From positions 95,914,001 through 95,978,000 of the forward strand of contig OX597819.1 of the NCBI GenBank assembly GCA_951406725.2: DNA of 64,000 bases, in the 5' to 3' direction. This stretch comes from Octopus vulgaris (lineage: Eukaryota). Position numbers and translations under genes: made by a program. The notes under the pieces were generated by a model. That model did no database searches, was not told where the DNA came from, and worked only from the letters and a program-made list of their open reading frames with translations. Below, one piece after another: positions 1-43,355 of this stretch (its first letter is position 1; each line of letters opens with the position of its first letter).

Positions 1-930
1 GGGGCCTGTTTGTTGTTCAATCTGTCCTGTCACTAGCTCCTTAATATGTGCTTCAGTCTTTAATGGTGAAAAAGTTGAAGTTGTGTTTTGTGTCTACTGA
101 ATAGAATCCAGGTTTTATAGCAATGCATGAGAGCAGACATCACCACTCTTTTGTATATGTCCAATTTGTTGTTGATAAAGAGATCTTTATTGTTAAAGAT
201 GTGCTTTCATCGCAAACTGTAAGTTTGAATTGGTTATTTGCAATTCATTCTTTATTTGTATATTGAGATGTAACTTCCTTAGTATTGGTAATGTTCAGTG
301 GATTTTAGCTGATATCCCTAACAATAATGGTTGGTGTGGTAACAGGCTAGTAAGAGATGTTCCATAAACTTGTATCTTATTGGTGTTAATTGAAAGGCTA
401 CAGCTGATTGTCACTCTGTTAAATTCATTAGCAAGTACACCTCAGCTTGTGACTGAGTTCCATTCCAGCTGACTGGTCATATGTTGGATGTATATTTTTC
501 AACACTATTTTCATTCAGATGGGTTATAAAAATATAAAACACAAAAGTTTAATCCATAATTATTGTACATAGTGTGAAAAATACATAATATGTAATCTAT
601 TTTTTGTGGTCGTTAGTTGAGAAGAAGGTGTACCTGTTGTTCTTTGACGAATGACAATGTCAGGGTACAGTAATTTGTGCACTCTGGTCATTTTTGTTTT
701 TAGTTTCCTGTTATTTGATATTAAATAACTTACTGTTCTTGTGGCATATAAAAGTGTTGTCTTCTTGGTTGTGCTTAAAAGCTTCAAGTATAGTATGAAA
801 AAGTGGGTGCTTTGACGATTCCTTGCATCACTCCATTGTTTAGAAATGACAGATGCTCTTCTTATACTGTAGGTTGGAACTCATGTACCATTGTGTAATA
901 GTGCATTTTGCCTAACTAGCCTTTGCAAAT
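1..930 (-). mobile_element. Highly degenerate RTE-like LINE, RT/C-terminal fragment
   Basis: Reverse strand gives broken motifs NNGVMQGIVKAPTFF (cf. GVKQGCVLAPTLF), KLFNIK, LSINTNK and TWILFSRH...LQLFHH; many stops; boundaries approximate. Confidence 0.55.
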
Positions 931-2054
931 GCACTCATCTTCTGCGTAACAGCCCACATAGTGCTGAATGTGTTTTTTTCAGATTGATGAAAATAGCTTA
1001 GATGTTGGCATGACACTTTTATATCAGTGTTATTACTACCATACCCCCCCTCCCCAGTACATGAAAGATTGATGATTTCAGTGTCAAAATAGCTCAAACT
1101 CAGGCACATGACCCAAAATTATTCACAGAAATGACCTGTAAAATGGCAGCAATAAGGAGTTGCTACTGTTGTGACTGTACATCAAACATCAACTCACTAT
1201 CACAGCTAGTGTCATCAGACAGCTTGATTTATGGTTGGTTACCTGGTGGAAACCTGTGGTCAAATCGATTTTGTCACCTGTCAAGAAGACACCAAAAATG
1301 TTGTTGTCTTATACTGTGATGGGGAAGGGCCGAACGTCACAGATCACATCATGATTTGTACAAAGACAAGACAGGTCACTGAGAGCAACAAGAAAGCTTT
1401 TGACTTGTGAAATATGTGGTAACACACATTTCATCAACTTGTGACCGACTGAATCAAGTATGCCATTTCCAATGAAATGGGATATAAATCCAAAATCGAG
1501 ATTCGTTTGATTAAAACAACAAAGTGATTTGCCTGTTCTTCTCTCAAAACAATGCAGTATTTAATTTCTGGATCAATACTTGAGAATTACTCCTTTATCT
1601 AAGGACTAAATACCTACAATGAAAATCTTAAGTTTGAAGGCTAACATGAAAATGAAGAAAGCCAGAACCAAATCCAATGTGTTGCAAATGTTACTGATAA
1701 GTATGGCCACTTAAACTCTTATATAGTTGTTGCAAAATGTATACAGTCTAAGGTCAAATGTAAACAACTCCTGTCAAGTATAAGAATTGGCAATTGAATT
1801 TAGAGCACCACAGAGATAGAGAAATGATGGACAGAATATTTCTGAAAATTTCTTGCAAAAAGACCTATACTAACAACAAGCATTGACCAGATAGAACAGG
1901 AACCTATTAATAAAAATGTGGCAATTAAAATCATTAGTATCTATCACCTATTCAGAAACAATCATGTAGTAAGTGAAAACAACTTCTTAACCAAACTGAT
2001 CAAAAGTAGTAATCTTGAATTCACTAAAGCTTTAACATCTCTAATTAATATATT

Positions 2055-2197
2055 ATCATCATCATCATCGTTTAGTGTCCGTTTTCCATGCTAGCATGGG
2101 TTGGACGGTTCAACTGGGGTCTGTGAAGCCGGAAGGCTTCATCAGGCCTAGTCAGATCTGGCAGTGTTTCTCTGGCTGGATGCCCTTCCTAATGCCA
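2055..2197 (-). mobile_element. SINE or LINE 3'-tail repeat (ttaggaagggcatccagc...catggaaa.cggac...(gat)n family)
   Basis: Reverse complement closely matches the LINE 3' end at 12621-12757. Confidence 0.8.
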
Positions 2198-2199
2198 CA

Positions 2200-2460
2200 C
2201 GCCATTATAAATAGAAGAAACTGAACCTAAGAATTTCAAGAATATCCATATCGCTGTACTTCTCCAAAAGGGAGACAAATCTAATTATGGAAATATGAAA
2301 TAGCACTCCTATCTGCAGTTGGTAAGACACTCAGTGGCATCATACTCTCTATCTTGGTATTCACCGTTGATAGCAATTACAGCATCTATCTTTTGAATTG
2401 GAAGAGGTACCAATGATATGGGCTTCACTTGGAAACAGTTACAAGAGAAATATCGTAATA
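2200..2460 (+). mobile_element. Degenerate RTE-like LINE RT fragment
   Basis: LLQKGDKSNYGN..IALLSAVGKTL resembles KKGDRSDCGNYRGISLLSIAGK; boundaries approximate. Confidence 0.45.
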
Positions 2461-2495
2461 TATCAATGATTTAAATAATAGCATAGTCTTTAGAT

Positions 2496-2733
2496 CAGTG
2501 GTTCTTAACTGGGGTTCATATAAGATTTACTTGTTAAAAATCATGTGCAATTAAATCGGTTATACTTCTACAGTACACAAAATATTAAAATTTTTTTTTA
2601 AATACAGTTCCTAATAATATTTAATTATAAAAATATAACAGGATTTTTTAAAACTTTGAATAGCTATGAAGGTCCAGTAGAGTAAAATAGGAATGAAAGG
2701 GGTCCACAAGTAAAAGATGGTTGAAAACCACTG
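2496..2733. mobile_element. hAT-like MITE with 8-bp target-site duplication
   Basis: TIRs CAGTGGTTCTTAAC / GTTGAAAACCACTG; identical flanks CTTTAGAT at 2488-2495 and 2734-2741. Confidence 0.85.
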
Positions 2734-4229
2734 CTTTAGATGAACTGTCTGTGTAATTATGTCTAAGTTTGGGCTGTTTTGTTTAAAAATATCACTTTCA
2801 ATCATTTTCATGTATTTTTATTTTTAAAGATTTGTTTTATTTAGTTTACTAAATGTGTTGAGTGGAAATACAGATATTAGATTTGTTTCCGCTATTATGT
2901 AAAGAGAAATATATGGACACTAGTTAGAAACAAGTAATTAAACATTCAAGTTAGTTGATTAATGATTTCAAGTTTACTTTAGTTAAACCTTTCGAATCGA
3001 ATCTACCAGTGGACACTTGAGATTATTTGTTACACGACCTCCTGTTTAAATAAGCCTTCCATTATAATCTTATATCAGAACCTTTTGTTGAATCGTTTTT
3101 ATTAAATCCCTCCACATAATTGTTGTTTTAAAATTTAATCGAAGCATCTAGGTTTTGTACAGTGTAATTTGTCACTCTTTATTCCATCTAAAATAGTTAT
3201 GCTGCAATAAAAGCAACTCACAGGTCACAAAACTTGTTGACATACATTGGAACGCTGACACCAATCTTACATTTAAAAAATTTAAGATACAACTAATAGC
3301 AATATACAAATTCCTAAATTCATTTCTATCTGCTTCCGACAAATGCTGAACCACACACCAAAATAGGAGCAGTATTGACCCTGCATGTTTTTGTATTGAG
3401 TTGTTAATCACCTCTGATGAACCCCAAGGAAATGAGACTATTATGCACTAGTTAACCCTTTCATTACTGTATTTATTTTGAGATGCTCTGTATTTCTTTC
3501 AATTACTTTCAATATAACAAAGAATTTAGTAAAATAACTTAGTTATCATTCAGCTAGTGTTAGGAACATAAACCTGTTCTGGTTTTAACATATCTTTTTG
3601 TCTATCTTGGGTAATTTCCACCCTTGTCTCATAGTTCCCAAAATGTATAGAATAGTTATGGACAAAAATTTTCCAAATAAAAGTTAATTTTTGATAAAGA
3701 TGTTTATACGGCTCTACTGTCTGTTAAATATAGCTTGACAACCACGAACAAATACTTTTGATAAAGAGAGTTTGAAGCATGTTCTTTGAACTGCCTGGCT
3801 TCATGAGGTCGTTTCATACTGAAATGATTGATACATTTGAATGATATAACATCAATTATCTTGGGTATTCAGCTAGATATGTTAGAGTAAAATTAATAAT
3901 ATTGTGGAGAACCAAGCAGCTCTTACTCAGGAGGAAATAATAGATATATTCTTTGAGCTTTTTGTTATTCATTAATATTCAAATTAGTGTTTTTATCTTG
4001 TTTGTCGTCATAACATTTCAGCTATTGTACCTTCTGGCACTCGAGTGCCTATTGTATTCAGTAATGTTCTTGGAATTTGGAACGGAATTCTTTATGAAGT
4101 CTATGATAGATTGTTTATTAGATTGTTTATTAGTTATTCTGCTTCTTGTAATACTTCTAGTTTGTTACAGTTCAACAAGTGTGTGTGGGAGTACACACAA
4201 ACACACATATGTATATGTATGAATAAGTA

Positions 4230-4920
4230 ACCCAGGGATTGAACTTGCGCCTAAACTATTACATTATTAAAGTCCAGTGTATGTATTGATTCATTCAGTT
4301 ATTTTACCAGTGATATGCCTGATTTATTATCTTGACTTTATTACACAAAGGTTAGTCATTTTCCTTTGCTCTCCTCAAATAATTTAGTTATTCCTGGTTT
4401 TTCTGACTCCTCTTGGAATATGGCTTTATAATGCTCCTCTTGACTTATTTTTATGGTATGGTCAGCCTTGCTTTTATATGTACTGCCACAAATCATACAC
4501 TCAATTGTTGGTCATAATTTCTTCTGAAGTAGGCTTTATTCAGGAAAGATATCTTTAAAGAGTAGACTGGCTTTTGAATAGTGTCTTGAAGTTGTATGGG
4601 CCACAAATCTGAATTTGTTTTCTATTTCTAATGTAAGGTAGACAAATCATGGCAGTTTTGTTGACTAGCTTTCTTAAACTTTTATCTCTGCTCTTGGAGG
4701 TTGCTGCTCTGCTAGTAGGATAGTTGTTACTCTAATCTGGATCATCTCTTGTCGTTATATGCCTGGATTATTACTTATGAATTTTACTTGTTGTAGGCCA
4801 TGGATGATCCCTTTTGTCATGCTGTATGTCTTAAATTCTGAGAATACAACTTAATACAAGCACCCTAAATAGGCTGGAATGTATAACAACCAAGATTAGG
4901 ATACTTGTCTGAATATATTG
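4230..4920 (-). mobile_element. Degenerate Penelope-like element, GIY-YIG region
   Basis: Reverse strand: ICLPYIR, FKTLFKSQSTL, CGSTYKSKADHTIKISQEEHYKAI, resembling the PLE CGxxYxGETxRxLxxRxxEH signature; stops and frameshifts. Confidence 0.5.
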
Positions 4921-6844
4921 TTTGATAATAATAATTCCTCACCTCACAAATCGTACAAGATTAATTCTGTTATTAGCATTTCCTATCTATTTCTATATTC
5001 CTCATCCCCTTTTCTCATGTTTTCCAGTCATGGGCTATCAACCCATCTTATCACCTTTCCACTCTATCCTTACCTTTCTCAATAATCTTTGACATTAATC
5101 CCTTCCCTTACCCCTGTTCCCTGATATATTCTCTCTCTCATTAGTGTCTACCTTGTTTCTCTCTCCCCTACCATTCTCTCATTTCTATTAATCTGTTACT
5201 TCTCATCTTTACTCTCCCTCATCTCTCTGTCTAGAATCATCACACACTCTCTCTTTGATTCTCCCTCAGTTACAGGGGTCACCTTAGGCCCTTTAGACTT
5301 GCAAGTTGCAAAATGATTTTACTAGTGCTAGTACAGTGAAAAGCTCTCTACATATAACGGTGTTAGGAAGGGTATCCAACTGTAGAAACCATGCCAAAGC
5401 AGTTATTGGAGCACAATGCAGTCCTTTAACTCCTCAAATACTGTTGAACCATCCAACTCATGCCACTATCAAAGATAGACATTGATGATGATTGTGATGA
5501 ATGTTCCCAGCCTCAGCTCTAGGATTTATACAATCTACTTGGGTATTTGATGTGAAGGATATCATTAGGCTTGACTGTCACGAAGTAAGAAACTAGTAGA
5601 TGTGGGCTGTGGAGATTTAATGGCTAAAACTATGACTTTCTCTGATCAGTATTGTCAAACAAATGAGTGTAGAAACTTGGCATTAGGAAGGATATTCAGC
5701 TGTAGAAATCCTGCCAAATTGGAATATATGAGTTGTCTTGACAGTGTAACAGCCATCTATAAAATTCTGTAAAAGCTTGGAGATGTTGACTTGCTTTTTT
5801 TTTTTTTAAGTATAAATAGAATAATTTATACAATGATTGTTTATTTGATAGCTTTAGTTTTAGATTGAGTTTTTCAGTTTTGAGTTAAATTTTTAAGTAA
5901 GAAAGATTATCTTAAATTTTTCAATTTGTTATGTATTCAAATAAATTGATATAATTTTTGAAAGAATTGGCTATTTTACCTACCTAGCATTCAGTATTTC
6001 TAGATTCAACCATGAAGTAACTTTTTACATAAATATTGTTCTGTAGATTATTTTAAAATGAGTTGATAATATAAATGAAAATGTGTTCCTTTCTTGTTCC
6101 ATTTCTGTATAAATTTCCTTCTTTTTGTGTTAATGTGTTTGTGTACATCAAATTAAATCTTGGCACTGTATTATTTCAAAATTAATAAGTTCATCTGAAT
6201 TAATGCCTATAATGTCTAGAAATCATAGCATTCATTTTGCAACATAGAATTTTTCATAGAAGCTTTTGTTCCACTTCCTGCCAGTTTGTTGTAGCTACAT
6301 TGTTTAAGCCATGTGTTTTATTAAGTATCTAGCCAGATGACTGATAAACTGAAATCCATAGACTCTAACTCCACATTTGACATTCATGAAGCTAAAACAT
6401 TGTTTGACAATTTAATAGAAGTGTTGCAAGCTGACACTGCTTGTTTTAGTGAATAACTACTTAAATATAGTAAAAGAAAATTTAATCTGTTGTTGGAACA
6501 ACTTCAAGAAAATTTAACTCAATGTTAATTATGTATTCAGAAAATATATTCAAGATGGGATTTATAGCAAATTCTATTCAAAGTCATTCTCTTGCAGTGA
6601 TTTAAAACTTCGTTATTTTATCCATTAGAATGACTTCAACATAAAATGGAGCAAGGAATGCTCAAAAACATCTGAAAATATGCTAAAACTGTATTTGAAG
6701 CATTTTTAAAACGTTTTTTTTCCAAAATAGATATTTAAAAAATTACTATCATGTCATGAGATTAGTAACATTTGAATATGTTTATTTAAGGATTAGTCTC
6801 TCAAATTGATTATTCAATGATGTTAGTAAATTTTAAAAATAAGA

Positions 6845-9385
6845 GTATGACCTGTGCAATGTCCTCCATACTCGCAGAATGCGTGGAACAGATTGCTGGA
6901 TGGACCACAACCTTATCTGCTCCAAGCTTAGAATCAACATTCAACTCCCTAGTCGAAAGTTGACAGCATCAAAACAACTGAACGCCACAAAATTGTATAA
7001 TCCTGAGAATCGTGGCCTCTTTCAAGATTGGATTGCCATCAAATTGAATACTCTCCCACTCCCCAATCCTACCTCGGTAAACCAAGAGGAGCTAGATGAT
7101 ATATGAGACAAGCATATCTCCCTGATCTCCTTGGTCGCAACCGAACAACTAGGACACACTAGATGTTGCAATTCTTGCTGGTTTGATGAAACTGCTGATG
7201 AGATCCTCCCTCTTCTCAGAAGTAAAAAACAGGCTCATGATGCCTACCTCTTGAGTAGGTCCAACGCACACCTCCAGAATTGGAAAGGTCTTTGCTTGGA
7301 ATGCCAGAGCAGACTTAGACAGATTCAGAACACTTGGTGGAAGAACAAAGCTGCATAAATTCAACATTTTGCGGACGAAAATAAGATCCACAAGTTCTAC
7401 ATTGCAACCAATTCCATGTATGGTCTGCCCTCCAATCATATCAATCAAATACGATCTTCAGACAGCAACGCTCTCTACAAAGAAAAGACCCAGATCCATG
7501 ACAGATGGTCTGAATACTTAAGCTCCTTGTTGAACAAGATAAATCCTACAGACACCACATTGATTGATGAGCTCCCTCATTTCCCTCCTCTCCCTGAGCT
7601 GGATACGGAACTCTCCCCCATGGAACTCCATACAACTCTCTCCTACTTAAACAGGAAATCACCTGGATCAGATGGTGTGTCGGGGAAGATCTATAAATAT
7701 GGTGGTCCTGCTCTTGTCCAGCGTCTTCATCAGATTATCCTCTACTGTTAGAAAAGTGTCTCGATTCCTTAACACTGGAAACATGCAGACATAATCACCA
7801 TCTTCAAGAAGAAGGGAGATCGATCAGACTGCAACAACAGCAGAGGTATTTCACTCCTGAATGTTGCAGAAAAGGTCTTGGTACGCATCCTGCTCTCTCG
7901 ACTTCTCAATCCAGTTTTAGTGCTAACCGTAGCACTGTTGACATGATCTTCGTCTCCCGCCTCCTGTTAAAGTGCTGAGAACAACAGCGTGATGCCTTGT
8001 TTGCCTTTATTGACCTAACTAAGGCTTTTGATACTATTAGCTGCCCACTACTATGGAATGTCCTGCAGAGGTATTGATGCCCTCCTAAGCTTCTTGCCAT
8101 GCTACGCCAGTTCCATGACAGCATGCAAGCATGTGTGACATTGGGTGGTGATCAGTCTGACTACTTCAGTGTTCAAGTTGGTGTTAAACAAGGCTGTCTC
8201 CTGGCCCCTGTCCTCTTCAATGTGTTCCTTGTGGCTGTGACCTTACTATTTTGCTACGACCTCAACCCTGAAGATGGCATCCCATTTCGATATCACCACA
8301 ATGGCAGTCTCTTTCAACTTGAGGAGACTAAAATCACTAACAAAGACTCAGTCCACCACTCTCTTTGAATTACAGTATGCCAATGACTGTGAAGCTCTTG
8401 CTCATGAACCAGTCACCCTTCAACAGAACCTAGATGTTGTGTGCAACGCTTATCGTAGGGCTGGACTCCAGGTCAACACCAAGAATACAGAGATCCTTCA
8501 ACATTCCAAAAATTGTTCACCCTCTGTGACTCTTTTGATCCAAGACCAGCTAAATAACACTGAGAAATTCACCTATTTGGGTAGCATCATCTCAAGCAAT
8601 GGGGTCATTGACCACGAAATTCAGAATCACATCCACCTTGCCTCCTCTACTTTTGGACGTCTCAAGGATAGGGTCTTCCTTAATTGTGATCTGAATCTTT
8701 CCATGAAAATCGAGGTTTATCGTGCTGTTGTGGTTTCCTTGCGTCTGTATACCTCAGAAACTTGGACACTTTATCATTATCGTGTCAAATTCCTCGAATC
8801 CTTTCATATCCGCTGTCTCCAATGCATTCTTCATCTGACCTGGAAGGACAAGATCCCACATATGGAGATCCTGAGACGAGCAAAATTGACCAGCATCAAA
8901 TGCATGATCCTTGAACGTCAACTGCACTGGGTGGGGCATGCTATCAGGATGTTGGAAAACTGTATACCCAAGATTGTCCTTTTTGGGGAGTTAGCAGAGG
9001 GTAATGGAGTTTCAAAGAAGCGATATAAAGATCATCTAAAGAAATCCCTGAAGCTCTGCAATGTCCCCCCTGGTGAATTTGAAACACTGGCCACAGACCG
9101 TACTACCTGGAGAGGTATGGTCAAAACTGGTAAGCAGCTTTTTGAGGATGAGTGAACTAGACTTCGCGAAGAAAAGCAGAGACAGCTCAAGGAGCGTCAG
9201 CAAAATCCTAGATGAGCTCATCTTCGTTGGAGCCCTCTTCGCTGCTCTCGGTATAATCGGACATGTGCCTCCAGAGTCGGCCTTTTCAGCTATGAGAGGG
9301 CCTGCCAACGCCATCAAGACAACCCCTAAGGATCAAAGATGATGTCATCTGTCAAGATGGACTGCCTTAAGCAAGTAAAGTAACT
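6845..9385 (+). mobile_element. RTE-clade LINE, 5'-truncated, multiply disrupted ORF (end of APE domain plus RT)
   Basis: ORFs 6879-9155: ADCWMDH-like APE end, KSPGSDG, FKKKGDRSDCNNSRGISLL, FIDLTKAFD, GVKQGCLLAPVLF, LQYAND (YADD decayed), FTYLGS, ETWTLY, QLHWVGH. Confidence 0.9.
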
Positions 9386-9813
9386 GATTCATTATGCCAA
9401 TGTTTCTGCTTTGTCTGTTATAAATTCTGTTTAATTTGCTAAGTTGAATCACTATTTTTACAGAAGGAAGTTTAGATCAAAATGTCTAATTTCTGTGTAT
9501 AGTACTTTTTATCATCATCATTGTTTAACGCCCTTTTTTCCATCCCGTTGACTGGGGACTGGCGAGCCAGGAGGCTGCATCAAGCTCCATCAGACAAAAT
9601 GCTTTGTAGTATTTACTTAGGAGTTATGTTTTGCCTTGAAATCCCACTATGGTCAAGTTTACCTTTCTATTTTCCCCCCAAAATAGAGTATGAAACTTTG
9701 TTTGATTTAATTGACTCTACCACTCCAGAAAACAGTCTGGTGCTAATGTTAGGAATTATATTACAGTTTTTTTTTTATATCCACATGATTGATGAAATTT
9801 TTTTCTATTTCAG

Positions 9814-39402
<29,589 letters not shown>

Positions 39403-40582
39403 ATCTTTAAGCCACACAGTGTTTTCTTTTCGCTCACCTTTTCTCTTTCCAATCACCTTAGCTTCATCATACCACTGTTTTATTTCTAGATATACACTTA
39501 TAGTTACTGTCAGCCATACTATTAAAAGTTATGGAACAGCTCTGTTTTGTTAGGAAACTGATCTATTTTACTGTCACAGCCATTCTTCCTACAAGTAGTA
39601 GTAATGATATTACTGCTATTCATCATCATCATTATTATCATCTTCACTACCATTATTATTATTATCATCATCATAATATCATCTGTTTCATCATCGTGTC
39701 ACTCTACTTCTTTCTCTAACAGCTCTGTTTTTCCCAATACATCAGTGATATCACCTGGATCACACTGTTTACCCACAGCTGGACTTGTTCACCTCAATGT
39801 CTTGCTGCTGTTTTCAACAGTCATTATAATTTCTCTTATAAATTCATTATCTAGTGAAAGAACAAATCAGTCATCTCAATCACATCATTGTTCATTTTTT
39901 TGTTCCTTTCTTACATCAACCTGTATCTATCTTCCAACACAATTAACTTACTCTCTTAATTAACCATCTTCCTCTTTTGTTTTCATCTATTGGTTTTTTT
40001 TTAAAAATTTCAGCTAAATGTTTACAGAAACATTTCAGAAATGTTAAGTGAATATTTTCTAGTTATCACATTTTGGCCAATATTTCAGTCACCTGTAGTT
40101 CATAGAACTTCCAGCAATAAAAGATGTCATCTTTTTATTATATATTAAACAAAAAAAAAAAAACGTAATATAACTTTATGGTTGTTTATTATTAATATTA
40201 TTATGTTTGACATATGAAAGGTATACTTGATCTCAACTCAGTAACCCATATTGGAATGTATTTGGTTTGAAATTTTTGTCACCTGAATAGAATAACAGGC
40301 CCACTTCTTTTGGTGAGATTTCTGACATTCTTCTTCCTGCCACATAGTGGAGGAAGTCTGGTCTTAAATTTTGTTTTGCAGAATTGTCTGTTTTTGTTTG
40401 AAAAAATAACATATATGTTTGTGAAGAAATTATATTCAGTGCTTAGGAATGTAATGCCGAGTAATTGAAAGATTGTAAATACACAAAGGAAAGAAGCAGA
40501 GCCATGTGTTCATCAAGTGATAGTCTTACTCAGAATATGGTTGTGGTAACTATGACAATAACAGATGACGTCAAAGGAGAGT

Positions 40583-40588
40583 AATAAA
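40583..40588 (+). promoter_or_regulatory. Candidate polyadenylation signal of SMARCC (alternative AATAAA at 40116-40121)
   Basis: AATAAA followed by a GT/T-rich tract, about 1.2 kb after the stop; motif only. Confidence 0.35.
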
Positions 40589-40935
40589 AACACTGGTGTC
40601 TGTTCATTTGCTTTTCTGAAGTAAGAAGACACAATAGTAGCAATAAGACCAAAATGAAAACTTTATTTACTGCTTTAATAACCAGTAGTGAGTGTATTAA
40701 CTTGTCAGTTAGTTACAAGCAAGTATATGTAAAAAAAAAAAAAAAAAGTATGAATGTGATATTACATCCTTGGGATTGATGAAACTTCCAGTTGCTGAGG
40801 TATAAAGATACCAAGAAACTAAAAACAAAACATTGTTTACAAATTGGAAATCAAAAGGAAAGAAAATTACTCAATATCCTAATCCAGCACAAATAGAAAA
40901 CTGCCCGCAGATAGTGTGGTCTACTCTAGGATATA

Positions 40936-41326
40936 TACTCTTTTACTTGTTTCAGTCATTTGACTGTGGCCATGCTGGAGCACCGCCTTTAGTCGAGCAA
41001 ATCGACCCCAGGACTTATTCTTTGTAAGCCTAGTACTCATTCTAATGGTCTGTTTTGCCGAACCGCTAAATTACGGAGACGTAAACACACCAGCATCGGT
41101 TGTCAAGCGATGTTGAAGGAGACAAACATAGATACACAAACATATACACACACGTACATATATATATACACGACGGGCTTCTTTCAGTTTCCGTCTACCA
41201 AATCCACTCAAAGCTTTGGTCGGCCCGAGGCTATAGTAGAAGACATTTGCCCAAGGTGCCACGCGGTGGGACTTAACCCGGAACCATGTGGTTGGTAAGC
41301 AAACTACTTACCACACAGCCACTCCT
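40936..41326 (-). mobile_element. tRNA-derived SINE family A (octopus OK/OR-type), near full length
   Basis: Reverse complement of 52955-53364. Confidence 0.88.
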
Positions 41327-41399
41327 ATATTTATGTATGTATGTCTATTGTAGGATAGAAGTACATGGGACAGTAGTTGTTTGTAAGAATGAGGTGGAA

Positions 41400-41640
41400 G
41401 CCAGGTGTGTAGCTATTACCACTTGCTAGTTCCAAGTGTTTATCACGATCCCATTATACCTAGGAAGATGGACAATGAAAATACAGTTCACCAGTGTGTC
41501 ACCACATAGGGATCAAGCTGGAGTGGTGGCGATGACTGAGGAGCATGACGTGATTGCTAACAGTAAAGTCTGTGTTAAATGTGTGGCAAAATAGATCACC
41601 TCAAGACTTTCTGCTCTATGGGAGAGAAAAGAGCTGAGTG
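41400..41640 (+). mobile_element. Possible retroelement ORF1/gag relic with CCHC zinc knuckle
   Basis: With one 2-nt frameshift reads CVKCGKIDHLKTFC (Cx2Cx4Hx4C); boundaries uncertain. Confidence 0.35.
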
Positions 41641-42080
41641 CTTCAGATCATCACTGTTACTAATATCCACACTTCTGCAAGTAAATCAACAGAGCCAGTG
41701 GCATGAATACAAAAATATCCAACAATGGCTTCCTCTGCACATACATGCAGAGAAACTAGTCTTCCTACCACCACGACCACCAACAACAATAACAACCATT
41801 ACAACAATACCAACACCAGTAACAAAACCATGCAAAGCAAACGTTAGTGCTCCTTCCATATTTTCAAAGCCTTTAGATCTAGAGGTGGTAAATGATACAA
41901 ATGTGTTGAGCTGGCATATTGTAGAAAGACTCAAAAAGGAAGAGAAGTTGTTTGCTCCCTCCCACCAAAAGGTCAGTTGTACCAAGTTAAACAACTCCCA
42001 AAAAGCTGCAGCCAAACAATCAAACCAGTCAACAAATGAACAATTACAACACAACAATAGCTTCAGGAAAAGAAACTACA

Positions 42081-42315
42081 TTAACCCATTAGCATTTAAA
42101 CTAGCCATATCTGGCCCAAATATTCTACTTATTTTATGTTCAGACTGGCCATATCCTGCCTCTCACACCTATTCTACCATCTCATTCTAAAAATAAAAAC
42201 AATTACATCATAAAAACCTTGAAGCTACAAGATACTGCATAGTCGATTCAAAACAATTTGAATAAATAAGCATTAACATTTAGCAGAGTAATCTGAATGC
42301 TAAATAAAGGGTTAA
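42081..42315. mobile_element. TTAA-type MITE (same family as 27416-27633)
   Basis: ttaacccattagcatttaaactagcc ... aaagggttaa. Confidence 0.78.
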
Positions 42316-42695
42316 GCACAACAGCTGGAGACAAACCAACAATATCATCACTAAGAACAGCAGCTACATCAGTCACAGTAACTGCAGGAGACACTCTAAG
42401 AACAGCAGAAACAACAGCAACAAGAGATGAAAAAAAGCCAACAGTAACAACGATACTCCAGTGTACATCTCAATGATGCAGTTCTCAAAAAAAAAAAATC
42501 AATGAAGTTAATGGAACATGTATACTCAAAGGCAAAATGTTTACCTTAGGTGAGGGCCTTGATGTGGTAACCATATCAAAAACCCTACAAGGGAGACTTC
42601 TAGTGAGAACCACACCAGAAGTTTATTACATGTTCAAACTTTTCTATATGACTTGGGAAATTTTAACCATTTAGCATTCAGGATTATTCTATCAA

Positions 42696-42811
42696 ATGTA
42701 ATGCTTAGTTATTCACATTGTTTTGAAGTGTGATTTTCTTAGACCTGGATGGTATGTAATGCTTAGTTATTCACATTGTTTTGAAGTGTGATTTTCTTAG
42801 ACCTGGATGGT
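42696..42811. repeat. Perfect 58-bp tandem duplication
   Basis: atgtaatgcttagttattcacattgttttgaagtgtgattttcttagacctggatggt twice. Confidence 0.95.
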
Positions 42812-43091
42812 AAGTCAGCGGTTCTCGACAAGAGCAGCATATGAATGAAGGTGGGACATGGATGTTTGTACCTCAAATGAAGTAGGTAGGCAAGATTTCT
42901 TCAAACATCTAGAAACATTCCCAAGATCATCTTGCTCATTAGCATGCAAAGATTGTGTGGGTGAAGCTGATAGAAGAGCTGCAAAAGCCCCCACAAATCT
43001 CAGGCCCTTCTAACTGTCTGTTAAGTATCACCTTGGTTTCCCAAATACAACAATGTTGACTGGTTTCATTTGCAGTGTGTCACTCAGATCA

Positions 43092-43355
43092 TATTCGGGT
43101 TGGCTGAAAAGTTCATAAGCTGACCAAGATACTCTGATGTGATTAAATGAGGTTTATTTTTCCACATAGTTTTCCCTTGTGGCCCACACACTTCCATTGG
43201 TGTTGCAGTGCTTGGATCTCATTGGTGAAGAAGCTTTCATCCTGTTGGTCAAAAAGTCATCATCGCTGTGATATTGGTTCCCAGTTAAGTGTTTTTTCAT
43301 GTTGGCGAAGAGATGATAGATGGGGTTAAGTCAGGAGAATAGGGGATCTGGTCAT
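43092..43355 (-). mobile_element. mariner (DD34D-type) transposase 3' fragment with terminal repeat
   Basis: Reverse strand: PYSPDLTP..HLF.NMKKHLTGNQYHSDDD...QALQHQW..CV...NYVEK*; TIR-like ggttggctgaaaagttcataagctgacc at about 43098-43126. Confidence 0.75.

Noticed and set aside
3411-3440. CTGATGA...GAAA hammerhead-ribozyme-like core
   Set aside because: Flanking stems and the cleavage triplet could not be assembled
1-9813. SMARCC first coding exon (expected RKKDGGPN-like start)
   Set aside because: No matching sequence seen; presumably upstream of the window
39531-39963. His-rich and Ile-rich ORFs
   Set aside because: (CAT/TAT)n microsatellite in the SMARCC 3' UTR
41579-42190. 203-aa ORF
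   Set aside because: Composite of a decayed zinc-knuckle relic, an ACA-rich simple repeat and a MITE; no splice or domain support
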